Notes: a model not told the origin generated them from the sequence alone. Counted from the stretch's first letter, positions 25,165 to 34,338 are shown. The stretch is DNA of 64,000 nucleotides from an uncultured Clostridia bacterium (GCA_947624105.1 CANQIX010000001.1:1866-65865), one strand, 5' to 3'. Program-made: numbers and translations.

Positions 25165-25914
25165 CTAAAAATTCTCCCTGCACATCATAGCAAAGTTATC
25201 TACATCAAGACACGCTCCGCCGATAAGCGCGCCACTTACAGATGGAATTGAAATAAGTTTTTTATAGTTGCTTATCGTAACACTTCCTCCATAAACGACA
25301 TTGATTCCCTGACCTGCCTTTTCCGAATATAGGTCGGAGATTTCGCGCCTTATGAAGTTTGTCATTGATTGAACGTCTTTCACTGTTGCATTTTTGCCTG
25401 TTCCAATCGCCCAAATAGGCTCGTAAGCAATTACAACACTTTCAAGTTCGTTTTCGTAGATTCCTTTTAATGCTTCGTCTAATTGTTTTTTCACAACTGC
25501 ATTTGCGTGCTTGTTTTGTCTTTCAACTAAGTCTTCGCCTAAACAAACGATAACTTTAAGCCCTGATGCGAGTGCAGTTTTTATCTTTTTGTTTACAAGA
25601 CGGTCTGTTTCTTTAAATTTGCTACGTCTTTCGCTGTGTCCAACGATAACATATTCAACTCCGGCATCTTTAAGCATTGATGCGGAGATTTCTCCGGTGC
25701 ACTTACCTGCTTCAACATCGCAAACATTCTGTGCCCCAAGAGTTACGTTGCTTCCGTCCAAAAATTGTTTTGCTATTGCAATGCTTGTATATGGAGGACA
25801 AACTATGATTTCGTTTTTGCTTTCTGTCGTCTTGGTTGCAAGCGACATTGCATACGCCTTCATTTCGCTTGGCTTTGTGTTCATTTTAAAATTGCCAATA
25901 ATTAACTTTTTCAT
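25165..25914 (-). CDS. tpiA: triosephosphate isomerase
   Basis: 249-aa ORF with GNFKMN, VGHSERR and AYEPIWAIGTGK motifs. Confidence 0.95.
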   Translation of the reverse strand: MKKLIIGNFKMNTKPSEMKAYAMSLATKTTESKNEIIVCPPYTSIAIAKQFLDGSNVTLGAQNVCDVEAGKCTGEISASMLKDAGVEYVIVGHSERRSKFKETDRLVNKKIKTALASGLKVIVCLGEDLVERQNKHANAVVKKQLDEALKGIYENELESVVIAYEPIWAIGTGKNATVKDVQSMTNFIRREISDLYSEKAGQGINVVYGGSVTISNYKKLISIPSVSGALIGGACLDVDNFAMMCRENF

Positions 25915-25938
25915 AAATCTCCCTCTTATACTTTTTTA

Positions 25939-27105
25939 TTATAGTGTGTCAATAACTTCGATTGCTGGAAGTGTTTTGCCTTCCATAAGTTTCAAACTTG
26001 CACCACCGCCGGTTGATAAGTGGTTTACATATTTGCCACAACCAATCTTATTTACGGCGCTTATGCTATCGCCACCACCTACTATTGAATATGCATAGTT
26101 CTTTGCAACTGCCTTTGCAATTTTAAGTGTTCCTTTTTCAAATCTGCTGTCTTCAAACTTGCCAAGAGGTCCATTCCAAATTATCTGTCCTGCGTGGTTG
26201 ATTCTCTCTAAGAACATTGCAATCGTCTTTGGCCCAATATCATATCCAACCATTCCTGCTTCAAGGAGTGCAACCGTTTTAACCTTTTTTTCATCGACAA
26301 GTGCAACGTGGTCGATTGGAAGTAAAATTTCAGTGTGCTTTTCTTCTGCTAACTTCAAAATTCTCTTTGCTTCTTCAACAAGTTCAAGGTCGACAATTGA
26401 GTTGCCTATGTTTATTCCCTGCGCAAGAAGGAAAGTATACGCCATACCACCACCGATAAGAATGCTGTCAGCCTTTCCAATAACGTTGCTAATAAGTGGC
26501 AACTTGTCTTTTACCTTTGCCCCACCAAACACGGCAATAAATGGGTGCTTTGCGTGTTCAAAGGCATCTTCAAATGCTCTAAGTTCCTTTTCAATCAAAA
26601 ATCCAATTGCGCTTGGAAGTTTAAGCGCCACGCCATAGTTTGATGCGTGTTTTCTGTGTGCTGTTCCAAATGCATCGTCAACAAAGATATCAGCAAGAGA
26701 AGCAAGTTCTTCGACAAACTTAGGGTCGTTCTGCTCCTCTCTTGGGTCGAAACGTGTGTTCTCCAACAACAAAACGTGGCCGTCTTTTAATTCCTTAACC
26801 ATATTTGTTACTTCTGGGCCGATAACCTTGTGAGAAAACTTAACTCTGTTTGGAAGCAACTTCATAAGGTATACAGCAACTGGAAAGAGGGACAAAAATT
26901 TGTCGAATCCCTTTGGTCTTCCTAAGTGCGAGCAAATGATAAGTTTGCAACCTTGCTCCAAAAGATAGTTTATCGTTGGCATCGCCTCATCAATACGTGT
27001 GGTGTCAACAATATCGCCATATTCGTCTAATGGCACATTGAAATCACATCTTAAAAGCACTCTTTTGCCTTTAATGTTTTTTAAATCTCTTATCGTTCTT
27101 TTCAT
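25939..27105 (-). CDS. pgk: phosphoglycerate kinase
   Basis: 388-aa ORF with RCDFNVPL, FGTAHRKHAS and STGGGASL motifs. Directly upstream of tpiA. Confidence 0.95.
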   Translation of the reverse strand: MKRTIRDLKNIKGKRVLLRCDFNVPLDEYGDIVDTTRIDEAMPTINYLLEQGCKLIICSHLGRPKGFDKFLSLFPVAVYLMKLLPNRVKFSHKVIGPEVTNMVKELKDGHVLLLENTRFDPREEQNDPKFVEELASLADIFVDDAFGTAHRKHASNYGVALKLPSAIGFLIEKELRAFEDAFEHAKHPFIAVFGGAKVKDKLPLISNVIGKADSILIGGGMAYTFLLAQGINIGNSIVDLELVEEAKRILKLAEEKHTEILLPIDHVALVDEKKVKTVALLEAGMVGYDIGPKTIAMFLERINHAGQIIWNGPLGKFEDSRFEKGTLKIAKAVAKNYAYSIVGGGDSISAVNKIGCGKYVNHLSTGGGASLKLMEGKTLPAIEVIDTL

Positions 27106-27168
27106 AGCGTAATCCTCTTGTTAATATTTTACACTTTTTAAAATAAATATCAAAGCAATTTTAGCATA

Positions 27169-28107
27169 TTAGACAAAACAATTTTCATCGATAAAGGCAT
27201 CTTTCAAAAGTTCCAGACACATATCGATATCTTCGCACGTTGCAAGGGTGTTACGTAGTTTTGCCGACAGCGAAAGCCCTTTGGTATACCACAAAAGGTG
27301 TTTGCGAATATACAACTTAATCCACCCCTCATCGTAGTGCTCTCTTAGTGCTTGTATATGTTGTGCAACAACCTCATACTTGTCTACACCTTCTATGCTT
27401 TTACCCTTCAGTTTTGCAAATATCCAAGGTTGCCCAAGCGCGCCGCGCCCTATCATAACGGCATCAACCCCTGTTGCAAGCATCTGCGCATACGATTTTT
27501 CATCAACCACATCGCCATTGCCCACAACTTTAATCTTTAACTTTGCCTTTAGGTTTGCAATCGCCTCATAGTCCGCTTGCCCGCTGTAACCTTGCTCCAC
27601 AGTGCGAGCGTGGAAGGTTACGTAGTCAGCCCCGGCATCTTCACACATTCTTCCAAAGTCAAGATAGTTTTCTGTTTTATACCCCTTTCTAAACTTAACC
27701 GAAAGAGGTTTGTCAGTTGCCTTTCTGCACTCTTCAATAATCTTCCTTGCCGTCTTAATGTCTCCCATAAGCGCGCCGCCCTCGCCATTTTTGACAATTT
27801 TAGGCGCTGGACAGCCCATATTTATATCAAAAGAGGTGAATTTTTTTAGCATATCGCTTTCAATTGCCCTCTTTATGTATTCCTCTTCGTGCCCAAAGAC
27901 TTGCGCAACAACCACCTTTTCAAGAGGGGAAGTTACAATCATATTCATCGTCTTTTTAGGATTGTGTGCCATTGCGCGTGCAGAAAGCATTTCGGTTACC
28001 GTTACATCAGCACCGAACTTTACTGCCTGTTCTCTAAAACCCACGTCGCACACCCCAGCCATTGGCGCTAAAAAGAGTTTGCCGTAGTCGATTCCTCTAA
28101 TTTCCAT
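27169..28107 (-). CDS. dus: tRNA-dihydrouridine synthase
   Basis: 312-aa ORF with LAPMAGVCDVGFR, DINMGCP and TFHARTVEQ, typical of the Dus TIM-barrel family. Confidence 0.9.
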   Translation of the reverse strand: MEIRGIDYGKLFLAPMAGVCDVGFREQAVKFGADVTVTEMLSARAMAHNPKKTMNMIVTSPLEKVVVAQVFGHEEEYIKRAIESDMLKKFTSFDINMGCPAPKIVKNGEGGALMGDIKTARKIIEECRKATDKPLSVKFRKGYKTENYLDFGRMCEDAGADYVTFHARTVEQGYSGQADYEAIANLKAKLKIKVVGNGDVVDEKSYAQMLATGVDAVMIGRGALGQPWIFAKLKGKSIEGVDKYEVVAQHIQALREHYDEGWIKLYIRKHLLWYTKGLSLSAKLRNTLATCEDIDMCLELLKDAFIDENCFV

Positions 28108-28172
28108 AGAGATATATTAGCATATAAAAATATTTTAATCAACATAATAAAAGTCTTGCCTGCGCAAAACTT

Positions 28173-28433
28173 TTACATTGCCGATTTTGATTGCTTAAAC
28201 ACAACATACCTCTTTGGAGTGGAAAAATAATAGCGATGTGTTTGTGGATTGACAAACTTTCGCGCCTTGTTTTCTTTCAGCCTAAACAATCCAAAATTTC
28301 GCATCTTAATTTGTTCTCCTTTGTTGCACTCTTCAAAAATCAATCGCTTAAATTCGTCTAGCACCCTTTCACAACTTGTTTTTGACACCTTTGTCCTCTG
28401 CGACAAAACGGACACAACTTCGTTTTTGTTCAT
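28173..28433 (-). CDS. hup: HU/IHF-family DNA-binding protein (divergent)
   Basis: I prefer ATG 28433 (GGAGGAG SD) over the track start 28454. The 86-aa product MNKNEVVSVLSQRTKVSK…MRNFGLFRLKENKARKFVNPQT… follows the HU pattern (MNK-x-E-L…GFG-x-F…R-x-x-R-N-P-x-T). Confidence 0.8.
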   Translation of the reverse strand: MNKNEVVSVLSQRTKVSKTSCERVLDEFKRLIFEECNKGEQIKMRNFGLFRLKENKARKFVNPQTHRYYFSTPKRYVVFKQSKSAM

Positions 28434-28443
28434 CTCTCCTCCT

Positions 28444-29976
28444 CTACACCACATTGTTTGTTATCGTCTTCTTTTTCAAGTTAAACAGATTCATAAGCAC
28501 CGATATCGTTACCACGCCATACACCACAACGCCGATAATCACCCCTACAAAAGTGTTGGCAAGCGTGGAAAAGTAATTGCTCTCTTCAAAGGTATACACG
28601 CCAAAATACATCAGTGCCGTTCCCAAGAAAAGCACTAGCATTTGCACGAGTGGTAATTTAAAATTGATCTTTCTTCTCAACCTTTCAAGCCCAAACAGAC
28701 AGACGATTGATGTCATAGCAACTCCACCCAAAACAAGTGCAAAGACGTTTATCGACTTTACTGCCGAAAGGGAATATGACACCACCGCTCTTGCCACTCC
28801 GCCCAGTGCAACGATAAACAGCACATACCGAAACTCTCCGTTCGCCTCTAGCACCATAACAACAAACTGCATAAGGGCAGTGAATATCGTTAAAAATCCG
28901 CCCGAAAGCATAAGGTAAAACGCATACTTTATCTGCTCCGGCGTGATGTTTTGATAGACAAGACTTAAAAGCGGTTTAGAGATGGCAACAAGTCCAAATG
29001 TCGTTGGAAGCACCATATAAAAGAGCATCTTTAATCCCTTTTCAATGATATGCTTGCTCGCCGCTCCACGAGAGATTTGGTAAGAGAGATTTGGCAACAA
29101 CGCAGTGGTTACGGCAATTGAAATCACAAGCGGAAAATTTAAGATCGATCCAACTACACCACTTTGCAATCCAAACAACACCGTTGCACTTGTTGTGTCA
29201 AATCCAGATTGCACCAAGCGTGGAATAATTATCAAACTTTCAAAGGCGCTAACAAGCGGAAGCACAACTCCGCTTAACATAAGTGGAAAATTTGCAAGAG
29301 AAAATTCTTTCAACGTTCGGCGAGAAAATTCTTTGCTAAATATCTCCCTCCTTTTGTCCCTCTTTATCGCGTAATATATTAACAAAAAGATGAGCGCAAC
29401 AACTTCAGACGCAGCAACCCCAACAAACGCGCCAAACACCCCTGCTGTTATGCTTATAGACGAAAATAGGTAGGCAAAAAATATGCCACACCCAAACTTT
29501 ACAACTTGTTCAAGCACCTGACTTATTGCCGTTGGCGTCATACGCTCATAGCCCTGGAAAAATCCTCTTAAACACGCAAGCAAACTTCCAAGTGGCAAGA
29601 GGAGTAAAAACAAAAAGTATGCGTGTGCGTTTTGCAAGTTTTGAAAGGCGGAAATGCTTTTACCTGCAAGCAAAAAGAAAAGCCCAAGCAAAAGGCTACA
29701 GCCTGTAGAGATTAAAATTGCGTGCCTTAGATACAACTTGATTTTGTTCGTTTGTCCGCTCGCCCGCGCAGAACTTATCAATTGCGACAATGCGGTTGTT
29801 ACCCCGCCCGACACAAAGACAAGCGAAAAAGAATATAAAGACATAATAAGTTGAAAGACGCCGATGCCGTCAATTCCAAGCATATTTGTAAGCGGAAAGC
29901 GAAAGAGTGCACCAAGCACTTTGCAAATAAATCCACTCACCAAAAGCACTATCGTTCCAGATGAAAAATGTTTCAT
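28444..29976 (-). CDS. MOP-superfamily flippase (MurJ/SpoVB/YabM-like polysaccharide or lipid II flippase)
   Basis: 510-aa ORF with about 14 predicted helices. The N-terminus (…ICKVLGALFRFPLTNMLGIDGIGVFQLIMSLY…) is characteristic of polysaccharide biosynthesis/MurJ-type proteins. Confidence 0.8.
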   Translation of the reverse strand: MKHFSSGTIVLLVSGFICKVLGALFRFPLTNMLGIDGIGVFQLIMSLYSFSLVFVSGGVTTALSQLISSARASGQTNKIKLYLRHAILISTGCSLLLGLFFLLAGKSISAFQNLQNAHAYFLFLLLLPLGSLLACLRGFFQGYERMTPTAISQVLEQVVKFGCGIFFAYLFSSISITAGVFGAFVGVAASEVVALIFLLIYYAIKRDKRREIFSKEFSRRTLKEFSLANFPLMLSGVVLPLVSAFESLIIIPRLVQSGFDTTSATVLFGLQSGVVGSILNFPLVISIAVTTALLPNLSYQISRGAASKHIIEKGLKMLFYMVLPTTFGLVAISKPLLSLVYQNITPEQIKYAFYLMLSGGFLTIFTALMQFVVMVLEANGEFRYVLFIVALGGVARAVVSYSLSAVKSINVFALVLGGVAMTSIVCLFGLERLRRKINFKLPLVQMLVLFLGTALMYFGVYTFEESNYFSTLANTFVGVIIGVVVYGVVTISVLMNLFNLKKKTITNNVV

Positions 29977-30053
29977 AACACCACCATCTTAAATATTGTT
30001 ATCAAAATCTTCTGTGCGTAAACCTTTCAAAACAAATATTTTAAGATTGGGTA

Positions 30054-30082
30054 TTTACTTCACAACAAAACTGTGCTAAAAT
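30054..30082 (+). promoter_or_regulatory. candidate sigma-A promoter of the first ~150-aa paralog
   Basis: TTTACT (30054-30059), 17 nt, TGcTAAAAT (TAAAAT 30077-30082). It shares GTATTTAC…TGTGCTA at the same spacing with the promoter at 30575. Confidence 0.5.
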
Positions 30083-30102
30083 ATAGGCACATAGGAGGAA
30101 AT

Positions 30103-30555
30103 ATGTCTATCTTAAAACCTACATACAAAAAAGAATTTAAAAAGGAAGAGGTTGAAACTTTGTATCGCATCTACCACAATTTCTGCGAAAAGTTCTTGAC
30201 AACAAATGGTAGACACCAAAAGATTGTAGACGGCGTGATCAACACCTATCTCGACGATTCAACTTCGCGTCTTATCGGCTTTTTTAGAAGCGTAGACACA
30301 ATCAACAACAAAGAACTTCTTCAAAAAGCACTAAACAAAGGCGGGGAGTTCACTCTTCCAAACACCGCATATTTTGCTGAAAGATTCTATGAAGTCAAAG
30401 TTTTAAAGCAAAACAACGACCCATCATATTCTTACAATTTTAAAAGACTTACTTGCGACCTATACAACGCCGCAGAAGAATCAGCAAACAGCGTTCGCGA
30501 GAAACTTCCACACAGCAGCGAGAAGAAGGCTGCCGGCGATATGTCAGCCCAATAA
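30103..30555 (+). CDS. hypothetical 150-aa protein (paralog 1)
   Basis: I prefer ATG 30103 (AGGAGGAAAT SD) over the track GTG 30073. Predicted soluble and helix-rich. No family recognised. Confidence 0.65.
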   Translation: MSILKPTYKKEFKKEEVETLYRIYHNFCEKFLTTNGRHQKIVDGVINTYLDDSTSRLIGFFRSVDTINNKELLQKALNKGGEFTLPNTAYFAERFYEVKVLKQNNDPSYSYNFKRLTCDLYNAAEESANSVREKLPHSSEKKAAGDMSAQ

Positions 30556-30574
30556 ACAATTTTCAAAAAAAGTA

Positions 30575-30603
30575 TTTACAAGTCAAATTTTTTGTGCTAT
30601 AAT
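30575..30603 (+). promoter_or_regulatory. candidate sigma-A promoter of paralog 2, overlapped by a 9-bp perfect inverted repeat
   Basis: TTTACA (30575-30580), 17 nt, TGcTATAAT (TATAAT 30598-30603). AGTCAAATT (30581-30589) and AATTTGACT (30601-30609) bracket the spacer and -10. Confidence 0.55.
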
Positions 30604-30695
30604 TTGACTAGATTTAGGAAGTAAATTACCTTTGCTTATCAAAAATTTACTTCAAAACCAACTTTTACCTTAAAAGTTGATGATAGGAGGTCAAA

Positions 30696-31139
30696 ATGAA
30701 AGAATTAGAAAAAGGCGTAAAAATTTTAAGAAGAGACCCAGCAGAAACCCAAGAAGAGTTTAAAGACGACGTCTGCACAGAATACAACGAATTTTTGGAA
30801 GATTTTGTTATTGAAGGCGGAGCATATTATGGACTTTATCAAGCAATGCTTTCTAATACAAGCAAAAAAGGAAAGATTGCAGAAGACTCTTTCAAATCAA
30901 GATTTATTACATTTGCTGCTAAGAAAATTACAAAAGCAATTGAAGTATCAAGAGAAAAATACGAGGCTCCAGTTCCTAACAATGCGTATTTCAGATCTTT
31001 ATATAATAAATATCAAGAATCTAACAAGTCTCCTGAAACGGTAAAAGCAATAACTGACGAGTTCTTATCATCTCTTAATGGACTGGCAAGAGAAATTGAT
31101 TCTGCTTATGATAAGATTTCTCCTAGCGCTGCTGGTTAA
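30696..31139 (+). CDS. hypothetical 147-aa protein (paralog 2)
   Basis: TAGGAGG SD 5 nt upstream of ATG 30696. Collinear weak similarity to the 30103 product (Y-x-x-F-x-E-x-F…G and P-N-x-A-Y-F, 62-64 aa apart). Confidence 0.7.
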   Translation: MKELEKGVKILRRDPAETQEEFKDDVCTEYNEFLEDFVIEGGAYYGLYQAMLSNTSKKGKIAEDSFKSRFITFAAKKITKAIEVSREKYEAPVPNNAYFRSLYNKYQESNKSPETVKAITDEFLSSLNGLAREIDSAYDKISPSAAG

Positions 31140-31158
31140 TAGTAAATAAAAAAATAAA

Positions 31159-31184
31159 AATAGATGCTATTGCATCTATTTTTT
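31159..31184. terminator. bidirectional rho-independent terminator
   Basis: AATAGATGC-TATT-GCATCTATT hairpin (31159-31180) with A-run and T-run flanks, between convergent genes. Confidence 0.7.
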
Positions 31185-31305
31185 GTAGGTCGGTCATTAG
31201 TCCATTTATCAATATTTCATCCTTACTTTTGCGACCAGGACTTCCATTTCGTCAACAGAATCGCTTTTTGGATTACTTACTGTGTAGCTCCTTTATAATA
31301 TACTC

Positions 31306-32817
31306 TTACATTTCTTTGTCTCTATCAACCATTTGATTAATCTCTTTATCTTTTTCAAGCTTTTGAAAATGCTCAATATACTTCTCTAAATTCTTAATTG
31401 CACCATCTTTTTTTATATTTAATTCAGCAACACTATGTCTTGCATTATCAATTTTGTTATATATTGAATCAAAATCTTTCTTTTTTTTGCTATCATTTAC
31501 ATTTTGCGTCCATTTGCTAGCACTATTTCTTGTCGCTGTTGTCTTTTCGCTTACATTCTGACCTGAACCTTTCTTTCTTGTGAACTGACCATCTCCACCG
31601 CCAGAACTTTTGCCACCAGAACTTTTGCCATCTCCACCGCCAGCGCTTTTGCCACCAGAACTTTTGCCACCTCCACCGCCAGCGCTTTTGCCAGCAGATT
31701 TTTTAGGAGGGGCTTTTTTATTTTCAGTTTTAGCAGGTTTTTTCTCGCTTGTTTTGTTGGTTGCCGCTAGAGTGGTGGTTTTTGTTGGTTGTGCGGTGGT
31801 TGTTTGCTTGGCTTCGGCTGCTTTTGAGTTTTCCTTTGTTGTAGTCCCTACAACAACATCGTTCTCTTTTGCGAAGTTTGGATTGATGCGTTCAAGTGGT
31901 TCATAGAAAGTTTTGTATATATCAACAAACTCTGCTGGGTTGTCTTTTTGAAGTCTTGGAAGAATCTTGCTGTCTTCAAGGATTGCGTCTAGTATGAATT
32001 TTTGTTTTACATAATCTTGGAAAATGATTGGGTCTTTAACTCCAATGCGTGCAATCGCCTCGTTAAACTTGTTGACAACATCTTTGCTGTATCCATATTT
32101 GCCGACAAGTTCAATCATATTAAGGATATAGATGTGTGCAAGCACTTCAAGTAAATCTTTGTTAAATTTATAGTCCTTCGCAACGCCCAAAATGATTGCG
32201 TCAAGCACGTCAAGAGAATATTCATCGCCCGTTATGTGCTGGTCGATGTTCCATTTTTCTTTGATTATATCTAAAAAGGCTGGTGTTGCTGGATATACCT
32301 CATATCCCACCAAAGTCTTTTGGCTGTCTGGCAGTTCTAAGTTGTCCATCTCTTCAACTAGGTATAGTTTTGCAGTTGAATATGTAGAATATGCTTCGAG
32401 TTTAAGTTCAAAATTAAGAAGGAAGGTTTTGTATGTTCCGCTGCACAAAACTTGTCCGGTTTTTTCGGAAGTGCTCGTCTTTTTTAACCTAATAAGGTCT
32501 CTTGCAAGGTTCTCCGGTATGCAATATCGCCCATCGCGATAGTTACCTATCAACTGATTGCGTAGCAGCGAGGTCATCAAATTGAAACGTTTAAATTTGC
32601 TTACAGCGGTGTCAATATCGACATCTGGCTGTTTTTCTTCTGCTTTTGGATATTCAAAAGCGCTTCCAACAGGCACATCTTTTGGTTCTTGATCTGCCAC
32701 GCCGATAGAGTTTCCATCGACAATGTTTGCCTGAGCAAATGTAACATCGGTTGGAGGTGCAATAATATTCAAATCTTGTAATAACTTTCCTTCTCTTTCC
32801 ATATTTAGATTATACAA
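31306..32817 (-). CDS. hypothetical 503-aa protein: ~330-aa N-terminal domain, Lys/Thr/Gly/Ser-rich disordered linker, C-terminal coiled-coil-like tail
   Basis: Long ORF with no signal peptide and no family recognised. Linker: …KTTTLAATNKTSEKKPAKTENKKAPPKKSAGKSAGGGGGKSSGGKSAGGGDGKSSGGKSSGGGDG…. Confidence 0.75.
   Translation of the reverse strand: MYNLNMEREGKLLQDLNIIAPPTDVTFAQANIVDGNSIGVADQEPKDVPVGSAFEYPKAEEKQPDVDIDTAVSKFKRFNLMTSLLRNQLIGNYRDGRYCIPENLARDLIRLKKTSTSEKTGQVLCSGTYKTFLLNFELKLEAYSTYSTAKLYLVEEMDNLELPDSQKTLVGYEVYPATPAFLDIIKEKWNIDQHITGDEYSLDVLDAIILGVAKDYKFNKDLLEVLAHIYILNMIELVGKYGYSKDVVNKFNEAIARIGVKDPIIFQDYVKQKFILDAILEDSKILPRLQKDNPAEFVDIYKTFYEPLERINPNFAKENDVVVGTTTKENSKAAEAKQTTTAQPTKTTTLAATNKTSEKKPAKTENKKAPPKKSAGKSAGGGGGKSSGGKSAGGGDGKSSGGKSSGGGDGQFTRKKGSGQNVSEKTTATRNSASKWTQNVNDSKKKKDFDSIYNKIDNARHSVAELNIKKDGAIKNLEKYIEHFQKLEKDKEINQMVDRDKEM
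31591..31698 (-). repeat. 39-bp coding tandem repeat, about 2.8 copies
   Basis: Units at 31591-31629, 31630-31668 and 31669-31698 differ at only a few positions. They encode the 13-aa unit KS[SA]GGKS[SA]GGG[DG]G. Confidence 0.85.
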
Positions 32818-32874
32818 TAACTTATTTCATAAAATCAATACTTTTGCAAAATTTTTCAAGTTGATATTTTCCTT

Positions 32875-33180
32875 CTATTTCCGCAAAAACGTGATACAAC
32901 AAGGCTTGCTTTTTAGGTCGTTAAGTGTTATTCCGTTCGCCTTGCAATCGCGGTCGACATTAAAAAGGCAGTGCGCACAACACTCTATGCCAATCGTTTT
33001 GCTATCGCGTTGAGGAGCATACTTTGGCGGTTCGTCGAACATATTTTTTGTTCTGTCCACCGTTTTGTTGCCCTTAACAAATTTTTTGCAGACCGCCTTA
33101 TCGCTAACTTCGATTCGTTTCGCCTTACACGTATAGCGGTCATTAAATTCGCAATTTGTCTTTCTACATCTAATATCCAT
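32875..33180 (-). CDS. Cys-rich protein with two DUF1540-like modules
   Basis: I prefer ATG 33180 (GAGGTG SD) over the track start 33216. IRCRKTNCEFNDRYTCKAKRIEVSDKAVCKKF and IECCAHCLFNVDRDCKANGITLNDLKSKPCCITF both follow the C-x(3)-C-x-[FY]-N-x(4)-C-x-A-x(2)-I…C-x-[TK]-F pattern of DUF1540. Confidence 0.7.
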   Translation of the reverse strand: MDIRCRKTNCEFNDRYTCKAKRIEVSDKAVCKKFVKGNKTVDRTKNMFDEPPKYAPQRDSKTIGIECCAHCLFNVDRDCKANGITLNDLKSKPCCITFLRK

Positions 33181-33209
33181 ACACACCTCGCGTATATTAT
33201 TTCCAAAAG

Positions 33210-33238
33210 TTGACAAATAAAACGGAATAATATAAAAT
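33210..33238 (+). promoter_or_regulatory. candidate sigma-A promoter of rplI
   Basis: TTGACA (33210-33215), 17 nt, TAAAAT (33233-33238). GAGGAG SD at 33245-33250. Confidence 0.5.
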
Positions 33239-33255
33239 TAAAATGAGGAGTTGCT

Positions 33256-33705
33256 ATGAAAGTAGTTTTATTAAAAGATGTAAAAGGCACAGGTAAGAAG
33301 GGTGATATAAAGGAAGTTGCGGACGGATTTGCAAACAACTTTTTGTTAAAAAATAACTTGGCAAAGGTGGCAAATGCAAGCGCAATTTCAGAAAACTCAA
33401 CCCAAAAGAGTGCTCAGGATTTTCACAAGCAAGAGGAATTAAAAGCAGCAAAACAACTTGCAGCGCAAATCGAAGGTATGACGGTGGAACTTAAAATTAA
33501 ATGCGGAGAGAACGGCAGAACCTTTGGTTCAATCACAAGCAAGGAAGTGGCAGAGGCACTTGAAAAGAAAGGTATCTCTTTAGACAAGAAAAAGATAGAG
33601 TTAAAAGAGCCTATCAAGGCTGTTGGAAATTATCCTATTCTTGCAAAGATTTATCCAGAAGTGTCTGCAAAGTTTTCAGTTTCTGTAAGGGCTTTAATAG
33701 ATTAA
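33256..33705 (+). CDS. rplI: 50S ribosomal protein L9
   Basis: 149-aa [33 protein letters not shown] is the canonical L9 N-terminus. Confidence 0.95.
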   Translation: MKVVLLKDVKGTGKKGDIKEVADGFANNFLLKNNLAKVANASAISENSTQKSAQDFHKQEELKAAKQLAAQIEGMTVELKIKCGENGRTFGSITSKEVAEALEKKGISLDKKKIELKEPIKAVGNYPILAKIYPEVSAKFSVSVRALID

Positions 33706-33708
33706 AAA

Positions 33709-33733
33709 AAGGAAGATTATTTCTTCCTTTTTT
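33709..33733. terminator. bidirectional rho-independent terminator
   Basis: AAGGAAGA-TTATT-TCTTCCTT hairpin (33709-33729) flanked by A7 and T-run, between convergent rplI and 33735..34307. Confidence 0.75.
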
Positions 33734-33734
33734 C

Positions 33735-34307
33735 TTAATCATTTTTCTGTTCAACACTTTCGGCTGGTATATTCTTACAGCGGTCAACTATTGTTTTGAT
33801 AAATTTTGATTCGTTGTATGGGTCTACGATGCCAATGAAGTTATGCACAAGAGCATATTGATTCGACCCAAAAGCGATTGTTCCGGTGTTCTTGTGAACG
33901 ATTTTGTCAAGTAGTGTTACGCGCACATTTTGTGCCCCGATATTTTTCATATCAAGTGCTTTGAAGTCTGTTCCAAAAACTCCCGATCTTATTATCACTC
34001 TTTGATTTGTAACTGCATAGTATAGGTTTCTGTAATAGAAAATCACGTAGATAATTCCTAGTATAAGCAGCACGCCAACAATCGCCATCGTAATGCCAAA
34101 TGCGGTGTAACTAAATGGCTTTGCTGGTTGTCCCTCTTCTGGTGTTTCTGGCGAGCCAACCGCAAAAGCAAAAAGCGTCCCAAAAACAAGATAGAGTAAA
34201 TACCATAATGCTTTGCCTACCCAATATTTTGTTTTGTTTGGCTTGTATGTTTTTTCAATTTTTTCGTTTTCATTTAAGATTGGTTCAAACTTTTTTGAAT
34301 AATCCAT
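33735..34307 (-). CDS. membrane protein with bacterial PH (bPH_2/YdbT-like) domain
   Basis: 190-aa ORF with two TM helices followed by YYAVTNQRVIIRSGVFGTDFKALDMKNIGAQNVRVTLLDKIV…GTIAFG, the bPH_2 signature. Confidence 0.75.
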   Translation of the reverse strand: MDYSKKFEPILNENEKIEKTYKPNKTKYWVGKALWYLLYLVFGTLFAFAVGSPETPEEGQPAKPFSYTAFGITMAIVGVLLILGIIYVIFYYRNLYYAVTNQRVIIRSGVFGTDFKALDMKNIGAQNVRVTLLDKIVHKNTGTIAFGSNQYALVHNFIGIVDPYNESKFIKTIVDRCKNIPAESVEQKND

Positions 34308-34338
34308 CTTTTTCTCCTTTTAACACTTCAAAGCGAAA

